From Octopus sinensis (taxonomy: Eukaryota), in contig NC_043012.1 of assembly GCF_006345805.1 (NCBI RefSeq), forward strand, positions 18,662,001 to 18,726,000: 64,000 nucleotides of DNA, given 5' to 3'. The notes beneath the pieces were generated by a model. It saw only the letters and a program-made list of their open reading frames with translations, made no database searches and was not told the origin of the DNA. Shown here piece by piece: positions 43,844 through 57,745 of the stretch. A program made the position numbers and the translations under genes. How positions within the stretch are numbered: the stretch's first letter is position 1; each line of letters opens with the position of its first letter.

Positions 43844-44149
43844 CAGCATCCTCTTTATCTTGATTTTGCTTTTCTCTATACAATTATTATAGAGATAACC
43901 TATGACATGATGCAACACTAATAGTGACCAGACACTTTGTGATTACAAACATGTCACTATGTTTATATTAGCCAGTGCTAATTATGAAATGTTAGGACGT
44001 CGCGGTCGAGATTGTGGGATTACGGCTTCATTTTACAACAAGTCTATCGTAGAAACTTACCTGTTATTGGTTTCCAGATAATATAATTCACAATCCGATT
44101 AGTATTATAAATCAGAATCCAGATTATGTTACTAAGACATAAATGATTT
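43844..44149 (-). other. Candidate pair of small spliced exons (44149-44061 and 43899-43844)
   Basis: cag|...ACAG|gtaagt and tag|...GCTG|gtgagt; phases are compatible and the joined frame is open (NHLCLSNIIWILIYNTNRIVNYIIWKPITGYLYNNCIEKSKIKIKRML), but no recognisable homology and weak polypyrimidine tracts. Confidence 0.2.
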
Positions 44150-45743
44150 CTGACAATTATAACACAGGAGATGTTATATAAAACAGCATTTATGAAAGTA
44201 ACGCCATTTTATTGGGAGAGTCATAATTAATTTCAGTGCATTATATCTATTTCACATTAGTTATTAGGGGAATATATATATTTTATATGGTTGTATTAAT
44301 GAACACTCAAATATGTTAATATTAATGGAGTATTGTTCCCCGAATAAGCTTCAAAAACTCATCAACTGTCAAAACGCTCCAAGTAACGTAATATAAAAAT
44401 AGACAGAAATATTTCATTTGGCAATAATATAAATAGGTAACATACCCAGATAAGTGTCGACGTTATAATTAACTATTATACATTTTGCATTATTCTTTAT
44501 AAATTCTGTGACTACAAACATTTCTTTTTATGATGCTGGGCTGTGTTCAAAACAAACAAAAGCAAAAAAATCATAAAATTGAGTAAAATGACATGGATGC
44601 CAATATCCCCGAGTAAAAATGGAACATAATTACAAAGAACACTGATATTATTGTAGGAGACAATACTCAAGTTTCCTTGCTTTTATACTTTTCGAGTGAA
44701 GTATGCATTGCGTTCCATTGCAAATTTCTTTCAAATAGACTTTGACAAACTGATTCTGACAAGGTTTTACGGAAATCTTTGTTTAACTTATCGACAATAT
44801 CCATTATTCCAGGAGCGATAATTGTCCATTTTCAAACCAAACAGCGTAATTCAATAAAGATATTGTCACTGAACCACCTTATGTTGAAATCAGTTCCCGT
44901 CAAATATTATTACGCAATTAATGAACTACATTCAAGAGGGAAGTACTTGAAAATTGTAGTTTTCAGTTTTTGTGTTATGAATTAAACTATTTTTTGTACG
45001 CTCACCAAGCGGTTATTACTACCGGGATAGTGGTGTGAAAATGTAAAACTGTTTCCCAAGTACTCAATTTATTTTGATAACAAAGTATTTAATATGCATT
45101 ATTCCATTTCAGCGTTTCTAATGCTTTTAGCAAAAGCTCCCACGTGAATATTTTTTCAGTGTGAACCCTTTCTGTGATATAGAGATTCGTAGCTTCTCTT
45201 CACCTTCAAAGTTTAGACCATTTATTAATTTATTCCTTTTGATGTGGTTTCAATTTTAGCATCGAATTCGACTCAGATATTTCCTTAGTATACTTGAAAG
45301 TCTTCATAATTCCTATATTTTCAATGGACAAAAATAATCTATAAACATATTAAAAAATCAAAACGGAGTGCTAATGACAATCGCTTAGGATTATAGATGA
45401 GGTAATGAAGTTCATGCTGTTCAATATTAATTATTGTATATGTGTTCAAAGTTAAATTAGTTAGAAAGGTCAATATTTGGCATGATACATTCTAAGGCAG
45501 CATTTATATAGGCAAAAATGAAAGAATTCAATATTGGCTAGAATTTTGCATTAATTTGGATTAGTAGTAAACTAATTCATGTTTAAATATCGAGCTTATC
45601 ATTCCGATAATGACACACATCAACACAAACAAATCAGAATACAGCAATCACTTATACTATATAATTCTAAATATTGTTGTTTACTTTATTTGGGATAGGA
45701 TACAATATATTGTAAATGAGTGGGCTGGTAAATTTATATGGTA

Positions 45744-45778
<35 letters not shown>

Positions 45779-46072
45779 AACAAGATACAGTTGTATAAGC
45801 TATTCAAATGTGAGGTGCATACTTAGGCTGGAGTAAAATGCACAGACAACAATTATGGATGAATACCAACCTTGATAAAGAATTACTGGCAGAATGATAC
45901 TCGGTTCATATATGCAGTTAATTAGACCCGACTGAGTATAGAGTCCATTCTTGAGCTATTCAGACATGTAGATTTTATCAAATAACCATTCCATAATATT
46001 TTTCGGAAGGGGAAGGTTCCAAGAGAGGTGAATTAAAAATAAATAAGTAACAACTGATGGGAAAGTGTCAGG

Positions 46073-46152
46073 TCATTATAGCTGTTTCTAACGAATTTTT
46101 ATTTTATCGATTAACGCATTGTATCATAATAAAAAAAGTTTTCTTCAGATGA
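46073..46152 (-). ncRNA. Type I hammerhead motif, diverged mirror copy
   Basis: Minus strand TCAT-CTGAAGA-AAACTTTTTTTATT...AATAAAAATTCGTTA-GAAA-CAGCTA-TA-ATGA; stem III carries one mismatch. Confidence 0.6.
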
Positions 46153-46300
46153 ATACATGGATCTTACAATGAAGGACATTGAATGTACATTGCTTTTGTC
46201 AAGCTCAGTCTGGTGCAAAAGCCAGTCGTGGAATCACTAAATATGTATGTGCCGTGGATTTCGAATTTTTTTCCTTGTCCTCGCTTGTAAAATTTACGTA

Positions 46301-46384
46301 TTCATCTGAAGAAAACGGCGTTTTATAGTGCTATAATATACTCATTGCCCAATGATAAAATGTGTTAGAAACGGCTGTAATGAA
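46301..46384 (+). ncRNA. Type I hammerhead ribozyme with long stem II
   Basis: TTCAT-CTGAAGA-a AAC ggc GTTTTAT...ATAAAAT gt GTT a-GAAA-CGGCTG-TA-ATGAA; stem I 5/5 paired, GUA triplet, A-A mismatch at the base of stem II. Confidence 0.75.
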
Positions 46385-46451
46385 CTGACAACTGTCCATC
46401 AACTTTTATTTATCTATGAATGAATGAATGAATCAATAAATCAATCAATGA

Positions 46452-46491
<40 letters not shown>

Positions 46492-46570
46492 CCTCACACA
46501 CTCTCTCTGACTCTCTCACAGTTGTATAACGTACTTAAATATGAGGTCCCTACATAGGATTCAGTAACAT

Positions 46571-46605
<35 letters not shown>

Positions 46606-46697
46606 TATATATATGATTTAAAGTAAGTCTCTCTAGAATTCACCGGATAATACTTCATACAAACACACTCATACACACACTCAAACGCATATATGTT

Positions 46698-46738
<41 letters not shown>

Positions 46739-49493
46739 CTATAGAAAGATACCCGTTTGTGAATGTTAAGTTTTGTGAGTTGGAACTGTTAGAGAATGTG
46801 TTTTGTCATCTATGTTTTGAGTTTCAAAGTGTAAAAGAATTGATTATTCGTGTTGTTTTCTTTTTGATCTTTCTGTGAGTCTTGATGTTTTAAAGACACC
46901 ATCAGCTTTTCGAGTAAATAAGCAAGTGAAATTTCACAACGTCCTGATAACGCAAGCCTGATGATATCATTTTATTTGCAGCAATAAGAGTTGTATATGC
47001 AATGCGTAATGTAACATTGTAAAACATTTTCGCAACACCGTGCAAAACAAATACATGTTTCTGTTTTACATAGCAGGTAATAAATGCTGTTGGCATTTAG
47101 TAGTTATTGAACCTATGTAAATCTTCCTTTTACAATGTGTACAATACTGTTTTTTTTTCTTTTTTATATAATCGCAGAGGAAAGAATATTGTTCTTTAAT
47201 CGGATTTAAATAACAGTATTATATGTAAATTCAATATTGGTGTAGTTTATAAACAGAATTCTATTCGATTGATGTAAGGTTGAATGACACCTATGAATAA
47301 ATAACGTTCGGTAGTAAACGTGCGTGTAATTGATACATATATTGAAGTATCGGAACAATGAAAGAATTGCCCGAAATGATTGAATCTTCTATTCAGGTAG
47401 ATCCCCTGACAATCCAGATTCAAAATACAGGTGGATTCCCTTGCATTTCAGAGCTACACATTCAATACAAGAAGCACCCGTATTGTACTGGTGATGATGC
47501 AATTCGCAGTAGAATATTTATAGATATTTGTGGCTCTAGAAATCAATATTGGTGAATCAGACACTCTATAGCAATTTATAGATAATGGATTTAGTCATAA
47601 ACTGCGTATAAACACCGATATTCAAGGACAGTATCATATCTCTACATTTAGTAGTGCGATTAACCAAACTGTATAGATGCGTGTGTGTGTGTGTTTGTGC
47701 GTGTGTCTATGTGTGTGTTTATTTATATATCTATATATGCATATAATGTCTTACATGTGTGTATGTGTTTGATTTTACACTGTTTATATTCGGCCATATA
47801 AAGACGACCGTGAACTGACGATAAAATATACGAATTATTGAAAAGACCATATTTATCATCGTTTAACACAAGGTAGTTACTAACAAGAAAAGATGCATTA
47901 TTCAAGAAGCGACGTAGATGTTCTTCGTGTAATCATGTAGATATGTGTAGCGAGGGTAATAGTCCCTGTTTGATATATAGCGGAGAATACTTTTCGAAAT
48001 TTTTTATATTTGTTCTAACGGCAGTTTACTTCTATCGATACTGGCTCAACAGGCAACGTCTATAAATCTCAATCCTCGTGTTTGTATTATAAGAAATCAA
48101 TATGCAGCTATTAAAATATGTTTTTTTCTATCTATACATGACTAATAGAAAGCAATTACCGCTTTGATTTACGAAAACCATTCATCCTTGCATTAATTTC
48201 CATAATAATCTTTTTTTGTTTAATCTCCCTCTTAATTATAGCTTTCAAGTGCATTATACTTCAACTCAAAAATAGGTTTCGTGAATCTCAGTACAATTGC
48301 TCTCTCAAGAACAAATATTGAATCTTTTATAAACTGAAATAATTGTCAAACTGTTGCGACGAAATTAATCCCACTTTGACTAATGTGCACATACATTAGA
48401 AAAACATTAATTCTCCAGTTGATAAGATGCATTAAGATCGGTACATATCAAAGATTGCTTTGTAATAATTTAGTAATTATGATTCTTTTCTTTGGAATAA
48501 TTTGTTGTTTTCATCATAAAATAATGCAAATTTTAGTAATGATTAGTAAAATATGTTGATTTTTATTCACTAATGCGGAACAAGAGTATCGTTAACGAAG
48601 TAGAAACTTCTGTTACTAACAGACATTCATAATCAAATATGAGCGTTGCGTGTTCATAAAAGCGTCATTCCTTATTGTTTGAGAATGGATGCCGCCATTA
48701 CAGTTATTCCTCTTGTATTTCAAATCCTTCAGTTTTCTTATAGAACAACGGTTTCATGAGTATGAACTACAAAAGTAATTAGGGTTGGTTTAATTCTAAA
48801 CGGCTGAGTAAAACATTATATTTTACAGATGAAATATTGGAGACAATGAACAATGCACAATTTTAGAATAAGCTTTGGGCGGAAAAGGAAACAATTTCTG
48901 AAGTAGAAAATAATTGAGCAATATTTTCAAAGAAAAGTATGAACGCAGAACGTGTCCAAATGGTGTATACTAAAGAGGCTCAGTGCCGATTAAAGCAGTT
49001 AAAATCTGTTAATTATGAACGAGTTTGTAACCTTGTCCGTCTACTATGAAACTTTCTATATCGAAGAGACTCACTAACATAATAACCCAACATTTTCCTT
49101 GAAACACATAAAAAAATTTATAACACTCTGTCATAGATATCAAAATAAAGATATTGAGTTAGCATCGGTCCTGGCTGTGAGAATAAACATGTCACTTTTT
49201 GAATCATGTGTATTATATACTAAATGAATACATAAAGCATTCTGCAAACGCTATATGTCATATCTGCATATATCAGTACCACATCACTTACATGCTCAAA
49301 TATTCACCATGATTGTCTTTGCACACACAATCACATGCACAGATTCTCACGCGAACGCAGTGAGACAATGAGACACACATGTACACAAAGAAACATATAT
49401 GCATGTGTATGTTCATTTATCTATCTATCTATCTACCTACCAACCTATCTAACTCCTTATTACTATCTCCTTCTCTCTCTCTCTCTCTGACTC

Positions 49494-49540
<47 letters not shown>

Positions 49541-49871
49541 TATATATATATTATATATATATATCATCAGAGAATAACAGAGACAAAACATCATTCAAGG
49601 GATATTTACGATCATTGTACTATTCTAAATTACCAGTCAATGAAATTTTAACGTCATGTAAGAGTATCTTTTATATACTCCAGGTGGAAACATTTAGCAT
49701 TCAGAATTTTCTTAATTAGATTAGCCAGAATTTTATATTTCGTCGAGGTTTCACTGCAGTCTTTATGCTTATTGATTATTCCATAATAATTTATACATGG
49801 CTTCATACATGCATGTCTATATATATATCTATCGACATCTCTTTTTGTTTCTCTCTCTCACTCTTTCCATA

Positions 49872-49924
<53 letters not shown>

Positions 49925-50658
49925 TTCAATGCATACATATATACATACATACATGCTTACATACACACATACTTGTATATACATGCATGCATATATATGT
50001 AAGTAGGACTGTGGAAGACGACTTCCAGCCTATGACATCGTGCATGCAGGGTCAGGACCAAATACTTCCAATAACAGCCGTTACTTTTCCTCTTCCGTCA
50101 CACAGGAGAACATTTGGAGATGCAGAGAAATTGAAACTAGAAATACACCCTTGTTTACCAAACATTTCAAATGTATACACCTGATTGTATTTTAGTGATG
50201 GCTGCGCTCATGAGTCCAGTTTTCACTTTTCTTTTTGTGTGTAACTAAGTTCTCCTAAAATTTCACTACGCTTTCAATATAAAGCGTTAATTACAAACTC
50301 CATTTTGAAACTAGTAAATACACTGTTAGCAATATATTGATCCATTCTTCAAAGCAATCAGGCTTTTCAGGCTTGACTGCCAAAGTTCTATTAACCTAGG
50401 CCAAATTTCTGTATACATAGTAAGTATACTATGGCGATGATTAGAACAATGGAATTCTGTAGCACATATATGCAACAGACAAGGTCAACATATACAGTTT
50501 GAGTGACTCCAATACATGTACAGCGCATCAAAATTTCTCCAGCAAAGAAACATGTGCTGAGGTTAAGTGTTATACTTAATAAAATGGTGTATTTATAGAA
50601 ACACTTCCACACACATGCACACATATAGGTATACACACACTTACACACACATATATAG

Positions 50659-50709
<51 letters not shown>

Positions 50710-52884
50710 TGTATATTTATATATATTTTATATACATATATATATATATATATATAGGTATATATATTAATGAATTTATATATGTATATATTATTGTTAT
50801 GTACATATGCATATATACACATATGTATGAACATACCTACATGTATACATACACATGCATACATGCATGCATATATCATACAAAAAAATGTACAATCCTG
50901 TCATTACGCCTTCTCTGGATGAAATTCCTTAGTAACAGAATATAAAACTACTGTCAAATTTGACGGCATTTGATTCCTCCTTCTGCATCGCGGTAACTCT
51001 CGCGTATATACACACATGCATACGTGTGTGTGTGTGTGTGTGTATGTACTTATACGTATAGGGAAAGTAAGAAGAAATAATTGAGAATGCACATTGAATA
51101 TCAAAAAATAAAGGCTATACAAATATATGCATATATATATATCTATATATCTATATTATTTTTTTTAATTATTTTTATACATTCTAGCCCTAAGGCTTAG
51201 ACCATGCCGGAGTATCAATCAATGCGTTTTCTGTGTGTTCCAGCATGTGTAACATTTTATTATTCTATGTTTCATAAAAAAAAAATCATTTCCCATAGAA
51301 AACATTTTCATTTCTAAAACTTCATTTCTAAAGAGTTCTGCAACTCTTTAATACCATGTTATTGTTATTTGCGTTAATGTGGTATATATTTTTACAGTCG
51401 GTTGTTAAGAAGAGAGTCTTAATTTGCATATTCGGAAAGCAATAATTTCGGAATATCGGATAAATCTATATGCTTTGAATTGTTTCGTTTAAGCTCTTTA
51501 AATTTTGTATTCTTGCGTTTGAAGATGATTATTATGTCGTATTCTTTCGATTTGGTATATTGATGTCTGTAACATGTTACACTCACCTCTAACTCTGTGG
51601 CATTTTTCGGACAAGGAAGAAAAAGTAGCAAAATAATTTGTGTTTGCTTCATTCTTTATTTAAATTCTAGGCGTTATGTTTGCACTGAATAAAAATCTAT
51701 TTCGAATTTTCAAATTAATTTGCTTTAAAATTTTCCAAATATTAATATCATGAAAATAGCTGTTAAGCCTCTGGCTACAGCGTCTTTAATTAATTGTTCG
51801 CCGAATATATAATGCTAAAAATCAATTGCCAATAATAAGTAGTAATGCTATGTATTTATTGGCGACTGTTGGTGTGGACAGTCTGTGTTATATCGCCAGA
51901 GAACAGAATTTATCTCTTTGATTGATCACCATTATGTGTCACAAGTTGACCTGGCTGTAAACTGAAAGTCAAACAGCCTTAGGTTACTGGATATACCCAT
52001 TTTCTTTTCGTCGTATATTTTGTGAATTGATCTGTGTTGAGAGATAATGTAGCGACACAGCGGCAGTAAATGATTTCGAGGTCGAATTTGCACAGAACAC
52101 TTTTCTATTGTGAGCTGGAATACCCGATATCATTAGTTAAAGCCATTAATCAGCTGTCAACATCAAATACACGAAGTATATTTAATAGATTATGCTGTCT
52201 TCAATAGCAATTTATTTCTTATCTTTTTCTAACAGTCGAGCAGAATGACAAGTGTTTCACAAATGTGTGAAGTCGTGCGATCAAAAGAAACTACTGTTTC
52301 TTTGTAAATGCACCGTAAATTATATATTATGTATCTTATAATATAATCTCTTAGAGGAAGACTATCGTAATTAGCAGCTCAGCATACAACCGGGGCTTCG
52401 ATGTCTGGTTTAGAAATGAAATATTTTAAGGCCCTGTTGTGTGTTCAGTCATAAAATAAAAGGAATTATACTTATTGGTGATTTGGCAACATAATTCTTG
52501 CATGTCGTACCTTAACGAGAAGGTAAAGTACACGCTACTAATCTCACCCCAAATATTTTCTCCCGAACAATGAATAATCCATAACGATTTCATATAATTA
52601 CATTTTGAGTTTCCAAAAGCAGAAAAAAAAAACGCTCAGTAACATTAATCATTAGTGAATATCGCAGATTGAAGGTTGAAATATGGTAATGCATTCGTAA
52701 CAGAGGACCGTCACTATAAACGAAAATATTTAAGCCATTTTTCTGCTTTGAAATATACGGGAAACGGGGTGTGAAGATGAAGCAATCCCTATGCATTTGA
52801 AATGAAACAGAGATGGTTCTACCAAATAACGAAACAGTAAAGACTTTGACATTTATATTTACGGTTATCTTTTCTTTTCTTTTT

Positions 52885-53274
52885 TTATTTGTTTCAGTCA
52901 TTTGACTGCGGCTATGCTAGAGCATCACCTTTTGTCGAGCAATCGACCTCAGGACTTATTCTTTTGTAAGTCTAGTATTTATTCGATCGGACTTTTTTGC
53001 CGAACCGCTAAGTTATGGGGACGTAAACACGACAGCATCAGTTATCATGCGGGTTTTTTTTTTGGGGGGGGAAGGAAACATACACACACGCATACATATA
53101 TACACATATACGACGGGATTCTTTCATTTTCTGTCTACCAAATCCACTCACAAGGCTTTGGTCGGCCCCTGGGTATAATGGAAGACACTTGCCCAATGTG
53201 CTACGCAATAGGACTGAACCCGTAACCATGTGGTTGGTAAGCAAGCTACTTACCACACTGCTACTCTTGCACCT
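52885..53274 (-). mobile_element. SINE family A, full length
   Basis: Pol III-like head (AGTAGCAGTGTGGTAAG; GGTTCAGTCC), internal microsatellite, tail GCAGTCAAATGACTGAAAC. Confidence 0.9.
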
Positions 53275-53351
53275 ACTTGATGAAATTTTCCTTTTGATCT
53301 CCGATACATGACAAAAGGAAAATATATATTTGATGATATAGGATCTTTATA

Positions 53352-53561
53352 GGGTGCATTGTAAAAAGCTTCCTTCTCAACTGCATGATCCCTCGTACAT
53401 CCCACTCTTTGACAACTTGCACATATGGTTTCTTCTATAGCCTCGGGCCGACAACGGTCTTCTGAGGGGATTTCCTAGATGAAAACTGAAAGAACTATTC
53501 ATATATATATACATATATATATATATGTGTGTGGTTTGTGTGTGTGTGTGTGCGTGTATGT

Positions 53562-53601
<40 letters not shown>

Positions 53602-53790
53602 TGTGTTTGTGTGTTTGTTCCCCCGTGCTTGACAACTAGTGTTCGTGCGTTTATGGTCCCCGTAAGACCGTAAGTTAGCCGCTCTGCACAATAGAGCGAT
53701 AGAATAAGTACCAGGCTTTCAAAATAACTCCTTGTTGGTACCAAATCATGGCTGCAGTTAAATGACCGCGATAAGTTAAAGTTAAAGGAT
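53352..53790 (+). mobile_element. SINE family A, diverged, head-to-head with the previous copy
   Basis: CTATAGCCTCGGGCCGAC...AAACTGAAAGAA...(TG)n...GCTTGACAAC...GATAGAATAAGTACCAGGCTT...CATGGCTGCAGTTAAATGAC. Confidence 0.8.
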
Positions 53791-54553
53791 ATAATATATA
53801 TGTATATATAGCATGCTAGAAAAGTTATAAGAATACAAATATAGTGTGGTAATGGAATACTTGAGAAATGTATACGTTATACAAATATGAATTGCAATGT
53901 TTCGAAGTAAACAAAAAAAGGAAAAAACTGTGGGTTTCAATCCCGATCTATAGCAGCATATATACGTCTTAAATCACTGTACCCTCCCTTAAATAAACAG
54001 ATTCTAAGAATAATTTGAAGGTTTAAAAGTAGCAAACATCGGCCAAATAAATTCAGGTTTATTACATTTTTTAAGATTCTGAAGAAATAGGAAAATATCA
54101 TACTGTATTTCTATTTTCATTGCTTTGACGTATGTAAGCGATGTTATATATATATACAGTTTGCGAAAGTAGATTTATATGTACCGCGCTATTTCCTCCT
54201 TAACATCGGAAATGTTTTAGTGTGAGAAGCTACTTGTCAAAATCTTTAGAGAAAATATTCACACACATATATATATATATATATATACTTGTAAAGTGAC
54301 ATACAGATATACATACATGCATCTATATATATAGAACGAATATATTTATATATGTGCATATATGCATAATTACATGTGTGCACACACACATACACAGACA
54401 CGCACATATTCTCTGTAATTGTAAACAGTGTAAATACGCTGTAACACTTACAACCATGCTATACCTGATAAATTTTGAAATCTTTATATTAAAATAGGTA
54501 TCTGAATATCGTTACACACACACACACACATACACACACACATATACATATAC

Positions 54554-54599
<46 letters not shown>

Positions 54600-54661
54600 C
54601 ATACATACATATATATATATATATATGTGTGTGTGTATGTGTGTGTATATGTGTGTGTGTT

Positions 54662-54945
54662 TGGAGGCGCAATGGCACAGTGGTTAGGGCAGCGAACTCG
54701 CAGCTGTACGATCGCGGTTTCGATTCCCAGACCGGTCGTTGCGAGTGTTTATTGAGCGAAAACACCTAAACATCACGAAGCGCTGGCAGGGGATGGTGGC
54801 GGTCCCACAAATTTCTCTCACTCTTTCTTCTGATGGCCTGCTCGGTTAGCCAGAGGCGTGGCGTCATTTGAAGGTTAGCACAATGCGAAGCGCATCGTGA
54901 CCAGTGATGTGTATCAAAATCTGATAGCCTGGTCGGTCATGGTGA
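54662..54945 (+). mobile_element. tRNA-derived SINE, family C (tRNA-Arg-like head)
   Basis: GGAGGCGCAATGGCACAGTGGTTAGGGCAGCGAACTCGC...CGCGGTTTCGATTCCC: A and B boxes with TCG in the anticodon-equivalent position, followed by a ~200-bp non-tRNA body ending at (TA)n. Confidence 0.75.
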
Positions 54946-54986
<41 letters not shown>

Positions 54987-54995
54987 CATATATAT

Positions 54996-55452
54996 GCTAA
55001 CTAATGTGGCGGTCGCATAGAGGATGATGTAACTGTTGCTTTTTGCCCCAGGAAGACATCTCCATCTGGCTAACGACACACTATCTGTGTTTGATTAGTA
55101 TTCGTGATCGGAGATCACTGCTCCCTGCTCTAGCCTTACGTGATACACATAGACCCCGTTTCTGGGTAGTTACCCGTCTCCAGTGTGTGATGATCACCAG
55201 CTATCGATGAAAACTCATTCCACTCACAAAGTACTATATGCTTTTTCCAGTAACAAACTGTCACCGATCTCGCAAAAGGGAAAATAAGCTGTTTTAAATC
55301 TCTGAGCGAGTGGTAAACAGTAACTACATAAAATATATTTGCCAAACATTAATCGGACACAGACTGTGTGTCGTCAGCCAGCTGGAGATATCTTTCTGCA
55401 GCTAAAAACTACAACAACATCGTCCTCTATGCGACCACCGCATTTAGTCGCC
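54996..55452. mobile_element. MITE/foldback-like element with ~105-bp terminal inverted repeats
   Basis: 54996-55102 aligns with the reverse complement of 55344-55452 (GGTCGCATAGAGGA, ATCTCCAxCTGGCTxACGACACA, TCTGTGT); TA-rich flanks; ~240-bp spacer with no recognisable coding content. Confidence 0.75.
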
Positions 55453-56713
55453 AAATATATATCATGATGCCGTACTGTTACTATATACGGATCTAGCTTT
55501 TTCATTCGCAAATTATGCATTTTTTAAAAGACAGTAAAATATCTGAAAACCGGCTATAATAATAAAGTTTTCCAGTCTAATTACTATGACGATATGATGT
55601 GTAGAAAAATAATATTGGAGGAAAAAGTTACAGAGCTTTAAAAATCGAAAATAATGTGTATATTTAGCCAATAGCGAGACAAATATTCGGCATTTAGTGG
55701 TGTGAACCTTAAGGTTGTACACTGTGAAATTTATAGTTCGTGAAATGACCGCTCCATTGTAGGCTTCTAAATAAACAGAAATACCTAATAAAATCGACTT
55801 ATACCATCTGACTGTTTCTTACTCTTCACTGATTGTATATTTTAATTATATATTTTTAAATTTATAATAATATATTGGTCTGCATATGTTTACTTTCTGA
55901 GTATTTCAGTATTATGATTACTTGTCATGTATTAGTGCACATTATTAATATATAAATGCATGTATATGTGAAAAGGTGGCGTCTATCTCCAGAACTTCAA
56001 ATCTGAGTAACGTTTTCGTGCTTCGGTCTGTAAACTACGATAAGAATAACACTGGTAAACAAAGAATTTGTCACAAGAGAAAAAAAAAACCTGTATCTTA
56101 TATGTCTTTGTATGCAGAATTCAAAGATAATATGAGATTATCTGTACAAAGCTCACATATTCCATTCGCCTTCATTATGCCAAGAAACTGTATAAACATC
56201 GCAAACAATTTTTGCTCTATATGCAAAATATGTAAAATATAAAGACAATTGCTGAAAAATATCTACAATGAAATTCTAAATGTTCAATATAAATTTTTAA
56301 GTAAATCTCTTTGTGTGAAGAATCAACATAACATGCGGTTGGGACACAACACAATGTGCGGTTATCATGGTAACAAGAAGTTAATGCCTTACTGTCCCTT
56401 GATAGGCTCAAATTACCCCAAATTCCCAAATTTAATTCCAGTTAAGATCAGATTCTTTAATTTACGAGATAAAGTAATTGGTTCACCATAATCAACATTC
56501 AGAGTTGCATCGATACACCAAAATTGAAAGAAACCTGAACAAAATTAAAGGGGGCTCATTTTGCGTATGAAAAGAACTAGATCCCTATTTCCTCTCTCTC
56601 AGAGGTTTAATGAAGCCTATATATATATATAATTACACACATACGCACAGACACATATATATATATACATACATACACCTATACATACACATACACACAC
56701 ACACACATATATA

Positions 56714-56774
<61 letters not shown>

Positions 56775-56799
56775 GCGCACGAATATGTATGTATCAATA

Positions 56800-57010
56800 A
56801 GACGCTGAGCTGGCAGAATCGTTAACGCACCGACCTAAATAGGCATTTCATCCGTCCGTACTTTCTAAGTTCAAACTCCGCCGAGATCTACATTGCTGTT
56901 CATCTATTCAGGGATGGATAAAATAAGTACCAGTTGAATACTGGGGTATAATATAATCAACTTATTCCCTCCACCAAAATTGCAGGTCTTGTGCCAAAAT
57001 TTGAATCCAA
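56800..57010 (+). mobile_element. SINE family B
   Basis: GAGCTGGCAGAATCGTTAACGCACCG...AGTTCAAACTCCGCCGAG...GATAAAATAAGTACCAGTT...CTTGTGCC. Confidence 0.8.
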
Positions 57011-57745
57011 TACGCATGTATCGATATATACAAATACTAGTATATCTGTTTTTGGCCAAATAAAACTAGCAATTGATATTTTTTTCTAAAATCACTTCTT
57101 GTGAGAAACTGATGTGTGTATGCATGACGGCGTGCTTTTTTTGTGAATGGATGTGTATGAATATATCTTTTGTTTACTTATCTGATGTGTATATGTGTGT
57201 ATATTGGTGCCGTGTAAATGGACTTGAAATAATGCTTCGAACTTCGAAATCAGCAGAGCGTGAAATTTCAGCAGCTGAAGCCCTCTTAGTGTATTTATAA
57301 ACTTTATATCTCTTTTCGCTTTCCTCCCAAGTTATTTTATTCTATTTGTTTATTTATTTTTCTTATTTCGATTGTATTCTGTTTTTTTTTAATGTTTTGC
57401 CATGTTTTTATTCGTTTAAAATGTGTCGGGATTGTCACGCAAATTTCTTTAGAAAGTAAATCTATTTTAAGAAAGGAACATATTTTTAGAAAGAAAATCT
57501 TCTGACCAATTTATTTGTTTATTTAATTATATTTAACTACTTCCCGTTTCTTATCTCGGTTTCTCTTCATCTACAAAAGTTGCTTCTTTAAAGCAATCCG
57601 TAAATGGTAACCTGCCGAATAAAATTATTGTATGGAGTATACAAAAAGACAGATGGAGCGTTCTGGAGATTAGTGAAAACACAGCGTACACGCGGGCACA
57701 CACACATAACATATAACACACACACACACTCACATATATATATAT

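Larger units (their letters stand above)
45776..46415. mobile_element. PLE-pLTR-like cassette with diverged inverted repeat (46037-46156 / 46298-46413)
   Basis: GTTTTCTTCAGATGAATAC vs GTATTCATCTGAAGAAAAC and flanking collinear inverted matches; bounded by (TA)n and (TGAA)n/(TCTA)n. Confidence 0.7.

Noticed and set aside
47358-47555. ORF with ELPEMIES/HPY, vaguely integrase-like
   Set aside because: Catalytic motifs not recognisable.
48816-49050. Protein-like frame LYFTDEILETM...LWAEK...SMNAER reminiscent of piggyBac transposase
   Set aside because: Two internal stops and motif spacing too short; cannot be supported without a search.
54662-54735. tRNA gene
   Set aside because: Has A/B boxes but no well-paired cloverleaf and continues into a SINE body; called as a SINE head.
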